From Blastocystis sp. Blastoise (taxonomy: Eukaryota > Protista > Bigyra: Opalinata), in NCBI GenBank assembly GCA_039096225.1, contig JBBPEB010000034.1, forward strand, positions 930,001-994,000: a DNA stretch of 64,000 bases, written 5' to 3'. Made by a program: the position numbers and the translations under genes. The notes below the pieces were generated by a model, which worked only from the letters and a program-made list of their open reading frames with translations, did no database searches and was not told the DNA's origin. Positions 35,232 through 55,353 of the stretch are shown one piece after another. The stretch's first letter is position 1; each line of letters starts with the position of its first letter.

Positions 35232-36369
35232 TATATATACCATATCTTTATTTGATGTTCTATATTGTTCTAATAATTCTTTATATATATAAATATTCAT
35301 TGATTTTTGTTCTTCTAAATTTATAGAAACATTTATTATTTCATCTTCAACAGGATTCACGGGAATAGATGAATTTTCTTGTTTAGCATGTTCAATATTT
35401 ATGGGAATCTCAGGTATATAATCAAATGGTTCTTGTTCCATGGGAATTGCTGAAGGATATAACATTTCTGGCTGTTCTAACTACATAATAATCACGGGAA
35501 TATAATGTATATAATAATATTATACAAAGTAATGACATTTAATTGAAGAAATAATAAAAGAAATAATAAAAGAAATAATTATAATTATAATTATATACAG
35601 TTTTAGGAGGTACATTATTAAGATTCATAACAAGTAGATATGAAAGGAGGGAAATTGGGAGGGATCGGAGGGATTGAAGAGGGATCTTTGATCTATATAG
35701 AATAATATGGAATAACATAGAATAATATACAATAATATACAATAATATACAATAATATACAATAATATAAAATAATATAATAAAGAATAAAGAATAACAT
35801 AAATAATATATATATACACATTAATATATTCAGTTTCAAGTGGTTGAATATGAACATTTCTAAAGGATGGCATTTTCACGGGAATTTCAGGGAATAACGT
35901 AATTTGGGGAGGTATATAAGTTACTTTATATATATATAATATTTATTATTCTCTTATATATATATATACATTGAATATTTTTTGTTCTATAATATGTTTC
36001 AATTTTTTTGCCTATATTGACAGCATCATTAATAAGAGTTTCAGACATATTCAGATCGACTAATGCATGCTGAATTGCATCACGATATTGATATAACTAT
36101 ATATATGTAGTTATAATATATTTATAATATATTTATAATATATGATATATATAACTATATAAAGTGGGTAGTTTTAATAATCGTAATAAATTAGATGCTA
36201 ATGTATTCTTAATACGTGGAAATATAAATGAATTATTGATAAATAATCCCTATATATATAATTATGGTTATAATATTATAAATAATAATAAAATTATATT
36301 TCTATAAATAATAATACAATTATATTTCTATAAATAATAATAATACAATAATATTTCTATAAATAATAT

Positions 36370-36450
<81 letters not shown>

Positions 36451-37737
36451 AATATGAATAAGTTGGTTGATGCATTCCTTAAGAGCTTCCTGACGATGTG
36501 AACAGAGTGACTCCAAACAATTTATATAATGTATTATATAAGGAAGAGAAGAAGAAGGAGATAAAGAAGATAATAAAGAAGTATAATATAACTATATAAT
36601 AATAATAAAGTAATAAAAAGCAAAATAATATATATATATATAGCTTTATTAAAGATACTATATAAAAAAAAATTTAAAACACACAAATTCAAATAATTAT
36701 ATTCATATTTATATATACCATTTTTCTTTCACAAAGAATAGAAGGTGTGAGAAGCACGTGCAACTCTGGAACACTATCGCTAGTGAAAAAGTTACAAGTG
36801 TTCGTCACATATGTGCGTCCTTCATATAATTCAATAGCATCACTTTTTGAGAAACACAAATAAGCAGTAACACAAAAACGTGCACTAATTAATTGTATTT
36901 CGATTTGATCTTGAGGTGATAGTAGTGAAGAAATTGATGAAAATAGAGGAGAAACAGTACTTGTTATAGATACTCCTGGAAGAAACTATATATATATGTA
37001 ATCAAATTATTTATAAATATTAATTTATAATAAATATATAATATTCTGAAATATCAATAAATAAAAAATATATATAAACATAATATATACAGAAAATAAA
37101 AGTTGAGATAATGTTTCAGAATTTGTCCACAAGTCACGTGTTTCGTTAGAAATATTACGACAAAATCCAGTTATATAAAACAATATAAAACGATAAATAT
37201 TTGAAAATGTTATTAACGATTGTTTAATAATAAATGTATTTGAAGATTTAACGCAATTTAATAACTCTATAACTAATCTCGGTAAATCTATATAAGTTAA
37301 TCATATAAATCATTACTTGAATCTAAATTCTTATAACAAATATAAAAAGAATAAGCATATATATTAATAAACCAAGAAATATTTGTGTAGAACTATTCTA
37401 AAAACATACTTTTATTCGTTCTTGCTATTTCATATATTAATTTAAATAACTGAAAGGTGATAATATTATTATTCATTTGCTATATATGTTAAAATGTATT
37501 ATAAACATATATATAATATAAAAGTTAATATACATTTAGTTCCATAAGTATTGGCAAAATCTTATCCAAAATAGTTTGCTTTTTATCAACACAATATTTT
37601 GTGATTTGGTCAAAGGCATCTTTCTGTTCCTCTATATATGCATTAAATATATTATGAATATAAATTTTACGTTCATAGTTTGATGTTTTAATAGTATCGA
37701 TCAAGTGTAGACAGGTATCAAAAGTATCATTTTCCAT
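32204..37737 (-). CDS. Large multi-exon hypothetical protein (helical, possibly HEAT-like)
   Basis: Starts MENDTFDTCLHLIDTIK. Many short minus-strand exons with GT-AG ends. Ends ...QENLSDASRKLLEL*. Confidence 0.55.
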
Positions 37738-37988
37738 TTCTGATTTGTTTTTTAGTATATTCTAATATATATAATAATTTATAAGACAAACGAAATTAAA
37801 ATACGTGAATATTATGAAAAACAAATGAGAAAACAAATCAAATTAATTCGAGAAAGTATTTTTAAATAATCATAAATAAAAAGAGAGTTTCAGGGAATTC
37901 TTGAATTTTATTCTTTGAAACTTGATTTTATTTCTGATTTTTTTCTTTATCATTTGGGAATAATGTTTTTATCAGTTATCTTATGAAT

Positions 37989-46146
<8,158 letters not shown>

Positions 46147-46465
46147 ATCAATAATACTATGTTTTCCAAGCAAATAATTTCAAAACATTTTTTTTAATCC
46201 TCTCTCTTATTTACAAAATCGTTTTTTTATTCTCTTCTTTTCCTTTCAAATAATATATTTTATATATATTATAATATATATACTTTTCAATTATTCATTA
46301 TTCATGATGTGCTCGATTTTTTGCTTAAATAACGTTTTATTAAAAATTATTTAAAAAAAAATAAATATAATAATTCAAATAATAAAAATGCAACTCATAA
46401 AAATTTTTATATCTATAAAGTGATTTTATATCTCATAGAGTCACAGGTACAAACAAAAATATCGA

Positions 46466-46538
46466 TCCCATGTAGTCTAGCCGGTTAGGATAGCGGGTTT
46501 TCACCTCGCCGACCCGGGTTCGAGTCCCGGCATGGGAA
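46466..46538 (+). tRNA. tRNA-Glu (TTC)
   Basis: Acceptor TCCCATG/CATGGGA, anticodon arm GCGGG-TTTTCAC-CTCGC, T-arm CCGGG-TTCGAGT-CCCGG, followed by a T-run. Confidence 0.97.
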
Positions 46539-46590
46539 TATTTTTCTAATTATTATTTTTTTTCGTTAAAAGAATGAGAACTTGATTAAC

Positions 46591-46730
46591 CTCGTCCCGT
46601 TTTTGTGTTTTATTTTTGGTCGTCCCGCGGGACGAGTGAGTCATAAAATGAACTTTTTTTTTACCAATAATAATTTACTCTTGTATTTTTCTTCTAAAAG
46701 AACTTCTAAAAATTTATCAAAGTCGTCCCA
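46591..46730. repeat. TCGTCCC motif cluster with a perfect 16-bp palindrome; candidate left end (TIR) of the MULE
   Basis: CTCGTCCCG at 46591, TCGTCCCGCGGGACGA at 46620-46635, GTCGTCCCA at 46722. Confidence 0.5.
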
Positions 46731-47291
46731 TATATTATTCAACTTTTATATTATCTTAAATGATAGATTTTAATGTAAACACAGTATGTATGCTATTGTG
46801 ATACTTGTATAAGACGACAGGAAATAAAATATAAACTTGTTTTTTGTCATTCTTAGTATATCACTCAGAATTCTGGGTATAAACTTTGTTTTGGCACTCT
46901 TATATAATATTAAATTATAAATAAAGGTACACTGAACTATTTTGAGCTTTTAATAAAAAAAACGTAAACATTTCTACATTTCTTGTCTTGAAGTTGTAAA
47001 TTAAGTGAGTCTATTTGTATTCAGTCAATTTCAGACTAGTAAAGTTATCACAATAAAATACTCAAAGCAAAAACACAATTTTAACAAATGTAGTGAATTC
47101 TTTAAAATGGAGAGTATTTTCTTACAAAATAAATATAATTTTTACTATATTGACATAAATAAAGATTTATAATTAAAATAAAATAATAAACTATAAAAAT
47201 AAAAATTAACGACAAATAAAATATGAGAAAATAAATTGTTTTATTCTTGTGCTTTATTTTGTGTTTAGTCCATATTTATTTTATTTTCTTT

Positions 47292-50200
47292 ATGAGTTCA
47301 GCAAAAGAAATAAAGCAAGTGGCCTTGGAGGATGTTGGACTGTGCTCCCACTACAACAGCCGTGAAGAGTTGCTGAAGAGCTATTCATTATATAGATCAA
47401 TCTATCACTTTTGCGTAAGACAACGTGGTGGGCATACGCTAACATATGTGTGCTCAAACAGTGATTGCCCTTTTATTGTTAAATATACAAAAAATGAAAA
47501 AGGTTTTGAAGCACAATCGTACTGTTGTTCCCACAATCATAAAGGTATTATTATATAACTATTACTATTTGTTAACACTCTATAAAGAAAACTTAAATCA
47601 GTCCTATTCAACAAAACTAGTATATGATGATGCAAGTATATAATACTATATATTATTATTGTTATTATGCTTGATTTATTATGTTTTAATTTTTAATTTA
47701 CGTAAATGAAACTCGTTTATTTATATATACAGAAAATATTTTATTATTTTAAAATTATTATGATTATTATAAAATATTTAATTATTGATAGATGATACTT
47801 GCTTAATAAAGAATACTTATTCAAAAACTGGCGTAACATATGGAGAATTTGAAAGGTGTTTCTATTCTTTATTTATAAAAGATCCATTTGGGTTATACTC
47901 AAGATATAAAACAGAGGCCAAAAGTCACTTTCCAAATATAGAACCAGAAGTACTAGATCACTGGTTTCAAAAATTGTTTAATTCAATATATGGAACGAAT
48001 GAAGATGGTTATCTTATGCTTCCTGCTATGCTTTATTCTATCAAACAGTACGAAAATATTGATTATAAAATTTATGTTAACAAAAATGATAATAAATTAT
48101 TTAGATTAATTGTAGTATATCATTCTGTAATAGAAAAACTTTCAGAATTATATAATAATGAGCTATTCATAGATGCTTCACATAGTCACTCCAAAGATAA
48201 GTATATTATATATGATATTATAGTTTTATCTTCTTATAATAAAAAATATGTTCTCGGATATATGGTAGATCTAGATGGTGAAGGAAAAAATAGTTGGATT
48301 GATTTTTTTTCATTTTTAATAAGTCGTGGTATATATTTATAATTAATCTATATTATATGTTTAATTATTAGTTTTTTCTTATTATTATATATTGTATATA
48401 TATATTTATAACATTATTTTATCTATTTATTGTTAATTAATATCTTAAATTCAATCAATAATCTTTAGAATATTTATTGCTTCTACATGTTATTATATAT
48501 TTTATAATTAATTTGAAATTATTTTATTTTTATATATAATGCCTGATAAAAGCTATTTTTTTAAATATCATTGGATATAATCGTTCAGATTTCTTTTTCC
48601 TTAAGTATTGTATTACATTTTCATTTCTATTTGTTTACTAATAATATATATATAGAATTTATTTTATTTCATATCATTTTTTATTTGTTAGTTGAGTATT
48701 GCTCTATTTTAATATTATTTTATTTTTTATATGTTTTTTTTTATTTCATTGATTTTATAAAATTTATTTATTTCACGTTATTTACATATAATATGTTTCA
48801 ATAATACATTATTTTATACATATACAATTATAAAATTTACTTATTGGAAGTGCTAAAAATTATGATTTAATCATAAAAATATATATAATTTTATCTAGTA
48901 TTCATATATATATATGATCATTAATATATAGGTGTGGATGAAAATTCGAAACTTGTTATTCATTCAGATGGTTTGATGGGTTTATCGGATGCTATTGGTG
49001 AGTTATTTCACTTTTCAACAAATGTTATGTGCGTTTTTCATGCAAGGAATATCATGTATTCAAAAAAAACTATTAAAGAGTCTTCTGATATAAATAGAAT
49101 CTTTTTTCAGTATGCTTCAGCTAAAGATCTTATCTCTGCAAAAAAATATTTACAAGATGAAATTGAATACGTTAATCAACGTAATATAAATGATTCAAAT
49201 GCTAATCTCGTTAAGGATATTAAAACTTTAAGTGAATATTTAGATTCATGCGATAAAAGGTTTTGCCGTTTTTTTCATAAAGGATTTACTGTTACCATGC
49301 TTACAAATAATCCTTCTGAACAAATTCATGCTCAATGGTCAGAAATTGTTAGAAAATCTCCATTATGTTTATTTCCATTTTTCTTTCATATAACCAATAG
49401 AAAAAATATGTTTGATAACGAGGAAGATTGTATTATAAAGAAAACTATACCTTATGTCTTTCAAAAAAAGGATCAATTATGCAAAGAAGGCGATTTCATA
49501 ATGAAAGGAGAAGGAATAAATGAAATTTATATTTCGAAAAATAATAATTCAATAATTTATACTATAAAATATATTCCAGCTGCTACCTTTTATTGTGATT
49601 GTCAATTCTGCAAAACCGAAGTTATTTGTGAACATATGATATGGTTTATGAAAGTAAATAAAATAGAATTTGATTCTCTTCCTTACGATCTTGTTAGAAG
49701 ATACTTCATTTTTTTGAATATAAAAACATGTAAAAACTGTCCATTTTACCTGTTTACCTCATTTATTTATAAACCCCAATTTAGAGACTCTATATTGATT
49801 GATACAACCCAAAATTATGGATATAGACAATTTAGGATTATTGATTCAAATGATATTGTTTTTAACAAAGAAAGTATGCTTATATATATTCTTAAAGTTA
49901 ATTTATTCATATATAGCGTTCCAGAATGAATTGAAGAATTTATATAAACAAATATTTTGTGTATATTTAATTATTATTATTTTTATATTTAATAGGCTGA
50001 GTGTGTATCAATCAATGAAATGATTTATCCACTAGACTACTCCATGTATTTAGAATTAAAAAATTATTTTGAAAAACATAATCCGTATCGTGAAGGTATA
50101 TATTTGTTAGTCATAATAAACACTGAACTTATTTTAGACATTATTTCAGAGAAAAGTTGTGAAAAGCGTGAAGAATCAATAACATTGAAGTATACAAATT

Positions 50201-50476
50201 TTAAAGATGGTTACTCATATACTGCACCTTCTTCCTTGGCTTTTTGTTCGTTAGATGATTATATGATAAATAATACTGTATATTATATATCTAATATTAT
50301 ATAATATCGTTTAAATAAAACTTTCTATTTTATTTAGGTATCACTTAAAATAATAAATATTAAGACTGGGGATATATTTTTAAAATCAATAAAACGCTCT
50401 AATACAATTAAAGAACTCAAGGAAGAATTAAATGTAAATTATGAATTATGTGTGTTTTTATTAATGTTATATATAG
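47292..50476 (+). mobile_element. Mutator-like (MULE/MuDR) DDE transposase gene with introns, N-terminal Zn finger and SWIM finger; 3' end uncertain
   Basis: YVCSNSDCPF...HNH, LFIDASH (D1), GEGKNSWIDFF, VIHSDGLMGLSDAI (D2), CVFH (CxxH), TNNPSE (E), and SWIM FYCDCQFCKTEVICEH. Confidence 0.9.
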
Positions 50477-50484
50477 ATAATATT

Positions 50485-50600
50485 ATTCTTCCGTTCTTCG
50501 AACTGCAGAAGGGGGTATGCAAACCCCGCATAGAGTCTGCGCGACGCGCGCAGCCATAAGCGGGGAAGTCATCCCCCCTTTTTGTTCTCGACGGAAGAAT
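50485..50600. repeat. ~116-nt GC-rich imperfect palindrome (left terminal hairpin)
   Basis: Nested arms ATTCTTCCGT/ACGGAAGAAT, GAAC/GTTC, AAGGGGG.ATG/CAT.CCCCCTT, CCCCGC/GCGGGG, and apex CTGCGCG-ACG-CGCGCAG. Confidence 0.9.
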
Positions 50601-51341
50601 TAATAACATTTCTGAAGTAAAATAATCATGGGAGTGTAGGGTAGTGTGTGTGTATATTTATTTTTTCCCATGTTTATTTATTTTTAATTTATTTGTGTTC
50701 CGATTCCAACGTGAAACGTAAAGTGATCAAGGAGAAACTCATAGTAATCATAAAAGAAATAAAATACACAGTCCAACCCTCCCCTTTACAGGGAATATTC
50801 ATGGAAAATGACTCCATCGTTGGTAAAGTGAGTAAAATAATCACGGGAATACAGAAAGAAATACGAAAAGAAGCACAGAATGTGCTAAATAAACACACAC
50901 CCCGACCCTCCCTTTATATAGAGAAAAGATGAAATGGATGGTTCTATCTAAAAAGAAATAATAAGAATAATCACGGGAATATATAAAAATAAAAATGTAT
51001 GTATAGTGATCAATAAATAATATAAAAAGTGATGATAATCATAAAAAAATTTATATAAAAAGAGTAAAGTGATCAAGGTATGTATTTATAGTGGGTGAAA
51101 GAAAAGCTGGTGGTGGTGTGGTCTTGTAAAAAGATGTACCCACCACCACGACTATAACGAGAGACTTTTGGAAACAAGGGTGACCGTTATGGAAATAGGA
51201 TGCGTCATCGTGAATTGTCCAATCAAATTGCTTAAAATTGTAAAAATGAGGGATTTTGGAACACAAAAACACAATTATTATGGGGAAACTGGGGAAACTA
51301 ATTATGTTCCAGTGGTTTTAGGTGGCGGCATGTATATCAAT

Positions 51342-51381
51342 TTTCTAGAATATTCTAGAACATTCTCGAAACTTCTAGAAT
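51342..51381. promoter_or_regulatory. Heat-shock-element-type array: 8 alternating nTTCn/nGAAn pentamers
   Basis: TTCtaGAAtaTTCtaGAAcaTTCtcGAAacTTCtaGAA with exact 10-bp period, 45 bp upstream of the ATG at 51426. Confidence 0.75.
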
Positions 51382-51425
51382 AATAAATTGTATTATGCGT
51401 TTTTTCTATTTTTATACTATTTATT

Positions 51426-51596
51426 ATGGATTCTCCAAAGCAATTTGCTCCAGATTATAAAGAAGGTACTTGGAAACCTTATGGAAATTTTGAAGTTGAT
51501 GAATTAAGTGATAGTGATTCTGATATGGACAGTTTTCATACTGTAAGTGAAGATGATGAATATGAAGATTATATCAAGAATTTTATTGATTTTTAA
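51426..51596 (+). CDS. 56-aa highly acidic peptide (below ORF-track cutoff)
   Basis: MDSPKQFAPDYKEGTWKPYGNFEVDELSDSDSDMDSFHTVSEDDEYEDYIKNFIDF*. Codon style matches the neighbouring viral ORFs. Confidence 0.7.
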   Translation: MDSPKQFAPDYKEGTWKPYGNFEVDELSDSDSDMDSFHTVSEDDEYEDYIKNFIDF

Positions 51597-51668
51597 ATTA
51601 ATTTTTATAAATAACAAAACAAATTGTTTAGTTTAAAAATAATAATAAATAAAATAAATTAAAATTAA

Positions 51669-53267
51669 CTAATGTTTTCTGCGTTTATTTCTAAATTTCT
51701 TAGGTGTTGTAGTACGTCTTTTTCTACGTAATCCATGTCCTGCAATATAAAATTTATTTCCTTCTCCATCATCACATGACTCAAAATCATCATCATCATC
51801 ATCATCTTTATTTTTGTTATTTTTATTTTCAAGAGTAACATTTGATACTGGACCAGGAATAGGGGCTACTGGTGTAATATTTGGAGAGAAATTGTTTTTG
51901 ACTACTTGGGACATTGGAATGGTGACAGGTAAAGGAGCAGTAGGATCGTTCATACGAGGAATTAAATCTATTGGTCTTGATTCATCTATATCAATATTAT
52001 GAATATTTTCTAAGGTTACAGGGGGACTTGGTGAAGGAATTAAAATATTATCATCATTATTATCGCCTAAAGGGAAGATTGGTGAAGGAGTAATATCTTC
52101 ATTTAAATGAGGGATTGGTGAAGGACTTGGAACATCACCAATATCTATTTCTAATGGATTCTCATCTTGTAATAATTGTTGTTCTTCAGGATGTTTACCA
52201 AAATAATAATCAGAGAAACTATTAAATTTATCTTTAATATACGAACCTATTTTATTTGCACCATCAACCAATGTATTTGCTGTTTTTTTAGCAACATTAA
52301 CAACAGGTTTTGCTGTATTTGTTACAGTATTAACAACTTTATTAACAAGTGTTGGATCTGCTGCATATCTAATATAATCTTTATGGAATGTTGGCGTTAT
52401 TTTGTTTAGATAATCACGTCTTGCAAGAACTTCACTAACTGGATCTTTATTAGAAAAATGGGCTTCAGGATAATAAAGATCAGCTAATTCTTTATTCTTT
52501 TTCTTAGCTTCATTATCATTAGATATTTTCCAATTATCATACAAATTATTTCTATCACTCACAATTTTTCCTTTAATATCGTTAAATCCTTCTTGTGGAT
52601 CAATATTAATATCTTTCCACCATTTCTTAAGATCTTTAAATTTATCTGCACCATAATCAACTGCACTACTTATTCCATGAGTGATATTATGAATGCCTCC
52701 AGTTAAATTATTAGCAACACTATATACATCACCAACAACACCAAAAACATTTCCGAATAAATTACCTCCTCTTGAATATAAATATCCTTCGCGATCTCTT
52801 CTAGTAAAATCAATAGCTTTATCAATTGTACGAGGATTTAATAATCTTGAATATTTAGCATAATCAGGCATATGATGCTGTTTCATATAAGGTAAGACAT
52901 AATCATGAGCATAAATGAGTTTTCTTGTGAAATTCCTTGGAATTCTACCATCAGGTAACAACCCAGATCCTTCATCTATTGGTTCAGTTTCTTCTGATTC
53001 CTCTAATGAACTTTGTATAACATCTTGTCTAGTTTCTGATAAATATGAATAGAATGGATTTGACATTGCTCTATTAACCATATTACTTTCTATTCGCTTA
53101 ACAGCAGCTAAAGAATTAGGAGCAATAGAATAATTAATTGGATGACGTTCTTCTCCATCAGGAATAGATCCTGGAACAATATAATTTCGATATTCATGAC
53201 CAGTAGCACGATGATTTACGCCTACTAATCCTTTATTTGAAACATTTAAACGAGCACTTTGTATCAT
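51669..53267 (-). CDS. Viral hypothetical 532 aa; putative core/precursor protein with Pro-rich region and basic tail
   Basis: Intronless. GSGL, RGGN, GEGN and GHGL motifs; C-terminal RRKRRTTTPKKFRNKRRKH. Confidence 0.75.
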   Translation of the reverse strand: MIQSARLNVSNKGLVGVNHRATGHEYRNYIVPGSIPDGEERHPINYSIAPNSLAAVKRIESNMVNRAMSNPFYSYLSETRQDVIQSSLEESEETEPIDEGSGLLPDGRIPRNFTRKLIYAHDYVLPYMKQHHMPDYAKYSRLLNPRTIDKAIDFTRRDREGYLYSRGGNLFGNVFGVVGDVYSVANNLTGGIHNITHGISSAVDYGADKFKDLKKWWKDINIDPQEGFNDIKGKIVSDRNNLYDNWKISNDNEAKKKNKELADLYYPEAHFSNKDPVSEVLARRDYLNKITPTFHKDYIRYAADPTLVNKVVNTVTNTAKPVVNVAKKTANTLVDGANKIGSYIKDKFNSFSDYYFGKHPEEQQLLQDENPLEIDIGDVPSPSPIPHLNEDITPSPIFPLGDNNDDNILIPSPSPPVTLENIHNIDIDESRPIDLIPRMNDPTAPLPVTIPMSQVVKNNFSPNITPVAPIPGPVSNVTLENKNNKNKDDDDDDDFESCDDGEGNKFYIAGHGLRRKRRTTTPKKFRNKRRKH

Positions 53268-53379
53268 TTTATAAAATAATTATATTTTTTAAACAAAACA
53301 AAATAAAATATTGTATAATAAATTATTAATTACAAGATAATATATAAGAAATATAGATATATAATGTAAGGTATGCTAG

Positions 53380-54186
53380 TTATTTATTTTTTAAATAATC
53401 ATCAAGAGGAATTGCTTCTCCATCTACATCAATAAATACTGTATTCTTAGTATATATTAATCTCTTATCACCAAAAGCATCACTATTAGTACAATTTAGT
53501 AATCCTGATTTAATATAATAATCGAATTCAAATTCACCATAAGACGCTTTCTTGTACTTATTTCTGTTTTTATCTTTGTATACTTTATCAGCTACCTTGA
53601 AATCTCTCACTGGTTGTGTGGGTGTTTCAGTTTCTTTTTCAGTTTCTTTTTGAGTTTCAGGTTTAGTTTCAGGCTTAGTTTCAGGCTCTTTAGATGGTTT
53701 CTTTTCGGGTTCAGGTTTAGGTTCTGGTTTGGGTTGTTCTTCAGTGAAATTAGAATTCATGGATTCTGGTTGTGGTTTCACTGTATAGTCTTCATTAGGA
53801 TTTCTTACAGTATGAATAAGTTTTTCATATTGATAGTTATTAGGATTACTAGCATCATACCATATCTTACTTGTAGTAGGAATACCATAATTCGTTTGCC
53901 ATTGAGATAACATGGATGTATATCTATTTGTATCACCATTAGCTTTAGCTGAATTCATAGTAGCTATAAACATATCTTCAGGTGATTGACCATGATTTCT
54001 TAATGCTTGAACTGCCATTGAACTATACATAGATCCTTGTGCATTAGGATCATGTGCTAATGGTTGTACAGGTTGTTCATCTTGACAAATATATGAATTG
54101 GGTAACCATGGATCCCAAGATTGTTTTTTCTGATTTCTTGATAAAATATCATAGAGAGTTACACTATCTCCTAAATTACTTTGCAT
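53380..54186 (-). CDS. Viral hypothetical 268 aa with PKPE/ETKP repeats
   Basis: Intronless ORF in the viral gene array. Confidence 0.75.
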   Translation of the reverse strand: MQSNLGDSVTLYDILSRNQKKQSWDPWLPNSYICQDEQPVQPLAHDPNAQGSMYSSMAVQALRNHGQSPEDMFIATMNSAKANGDTNRYTSMLSQWQTNYGIPTTSKIWYDASNPNNYQYEKLIHTVRNPNEDYTVKPQPESMNSNFTEEQPKPEPKPEPEKKPSKEPETKPETKPETQKETEKETETPTQPVRDFKVADKVYKDKNRNKYKKASYGEFEFDYYIKSGLLNCTNSDAFGDKRLIYTKNTVFIDVDGEAIPLDDYLKNK

Positions 54187-54262
54187 TATTTATTGTATTA
54201 ATTCAAAAAAAATTATATAACAAAACAAATAATTAATTATGAAATAATAAAAGTTAAAATAA

Positions 54263-55300
54263 TTAATTTAAATGAAATCTTTTTAAGAAGAATTGAACAA
54301 GATTAATAATTAAATTAGTAGTAGTATCAAAGGATGTAGAGTTGACAAGAGCACCACCACAACGTTCAGCATTCTCTTTTGTAACACCACTTCCACTAGG
54401 ATTTTTAAAATAGTTATCAGCAGTTTCTTTACGTTTCTTATCATCATCGGTAGTAATCATATTATAAGCGAAATCAATAGGGATACCAAGAGAAGGATAA
54501 TAGTATTTTAATGCATTCACTACAATAGGAACAATCGTTTTAATAGTTTTAATAGCAGTATTCGCAATAATAGAATGCTTTTGTTTTGGATCCATAGGAT
54601 ATTCTTTATCGATAACGACATTAACAATATCACGTACAGACACATGCTCATCATTTTTAGGTAATCGTTCTTTAATATCTTGTAATTTCTTCTTATTAGA
54701 CTTTACATTACTAGAACGAATAGCCTTCTTAGCAATAATTTTTATTTGAGGAGTTACGAATTTACTTGTTTTCTTTTCTTTTTCTCGGTGACTCCCATGT
54801 TCTTTACGATGTTTCTGATGCCTTCTATGTATACCTTGACCAAATATATCATCATAATTTTCATCTTCAAGATTTGCATTATTATAATCTTTATCATCAT
54901 CAGCCATCATTTTTCTTGTTATTCTCTTTGGTTGATAAGTATCATCATCGTTATATAATTCATCATCTCTATTAGCATCTTCAATATGTTCTTCAAATTG
55001 TCTTTTCTTTTCTTCTTTTGCTTTTTCTTGACGTTTATTTTCTTTTCTTTTCTGATAATAATTATATCCAGCAATAGCTCCTAATGTACCTAATGCAGGA
55101 ATAGCATAAGAAACACCATTTTTAACACTATTCCACATAGCATCTTTAGCTTGTTGAGCAACAAGTTCTTCAAAACCAGTTCCTCCATATCTTACATAAC
55201 GTTTATGATAAAGATCACGTCTATTTGATTTTGGTGGTGATCCTCCAAATAATCGTGGATCACAATTTTGTTTTAAATATCTTTTTGTAATTGAACTCAT
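54263..55300 (-). CDS. Viral hypothetical 345 aa; basic core-like or membrane-active protein
   Basis: FGGS, YGGTG, GQGI, GSGV and CGGA motifs, a hydrophobic AIPALGTLGAIAGY segment, and Lys/Arg-rich tracts. Confidence 0.75.
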   Translation of the reverse strand: MSSITKRYLKQNCDPRLFGGSPPKSNRRDLYHKRYVRYGGTGFEELVAQQAKDAMWNSVKNGVSYAIPALGTLGAIAGYNYYQKRKENKRQEKAKEEKKRQFEEHIEDANRDDELYNDDDTYQPKRITRKMMADDDKDYNNANLEDENYDDIFGQGIHRRHQKHRKEHGSHREKEKKTSKFVTPQIKIIAKKAIRSSNVKSNKKKLQDIKERLPKNDEHVSVRDIVNVVIDKEYPMDPKQKHSIIANTAIKTIKTIVPIVVNALKYYYPSLGIPIDFAYNMITTDDDKKRKETADNYFKNPSGSGVTKENAERCGGALVNSTSFDTTTNLIINLVQFFLKRFHLN

Positions 55301-55353
55301 AACAAAACAATAAAATAATTATGGTTTATATGACAAATTAAAATATAAAAAAA

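Noticed and set aside
50648-51383. Short ORFs 50648-50932, 50689-50898, 51051-51272 and 51168-51383
   Set aside because: Non-ATG starts, overlap repeated motifs, and no recognisable protein features.
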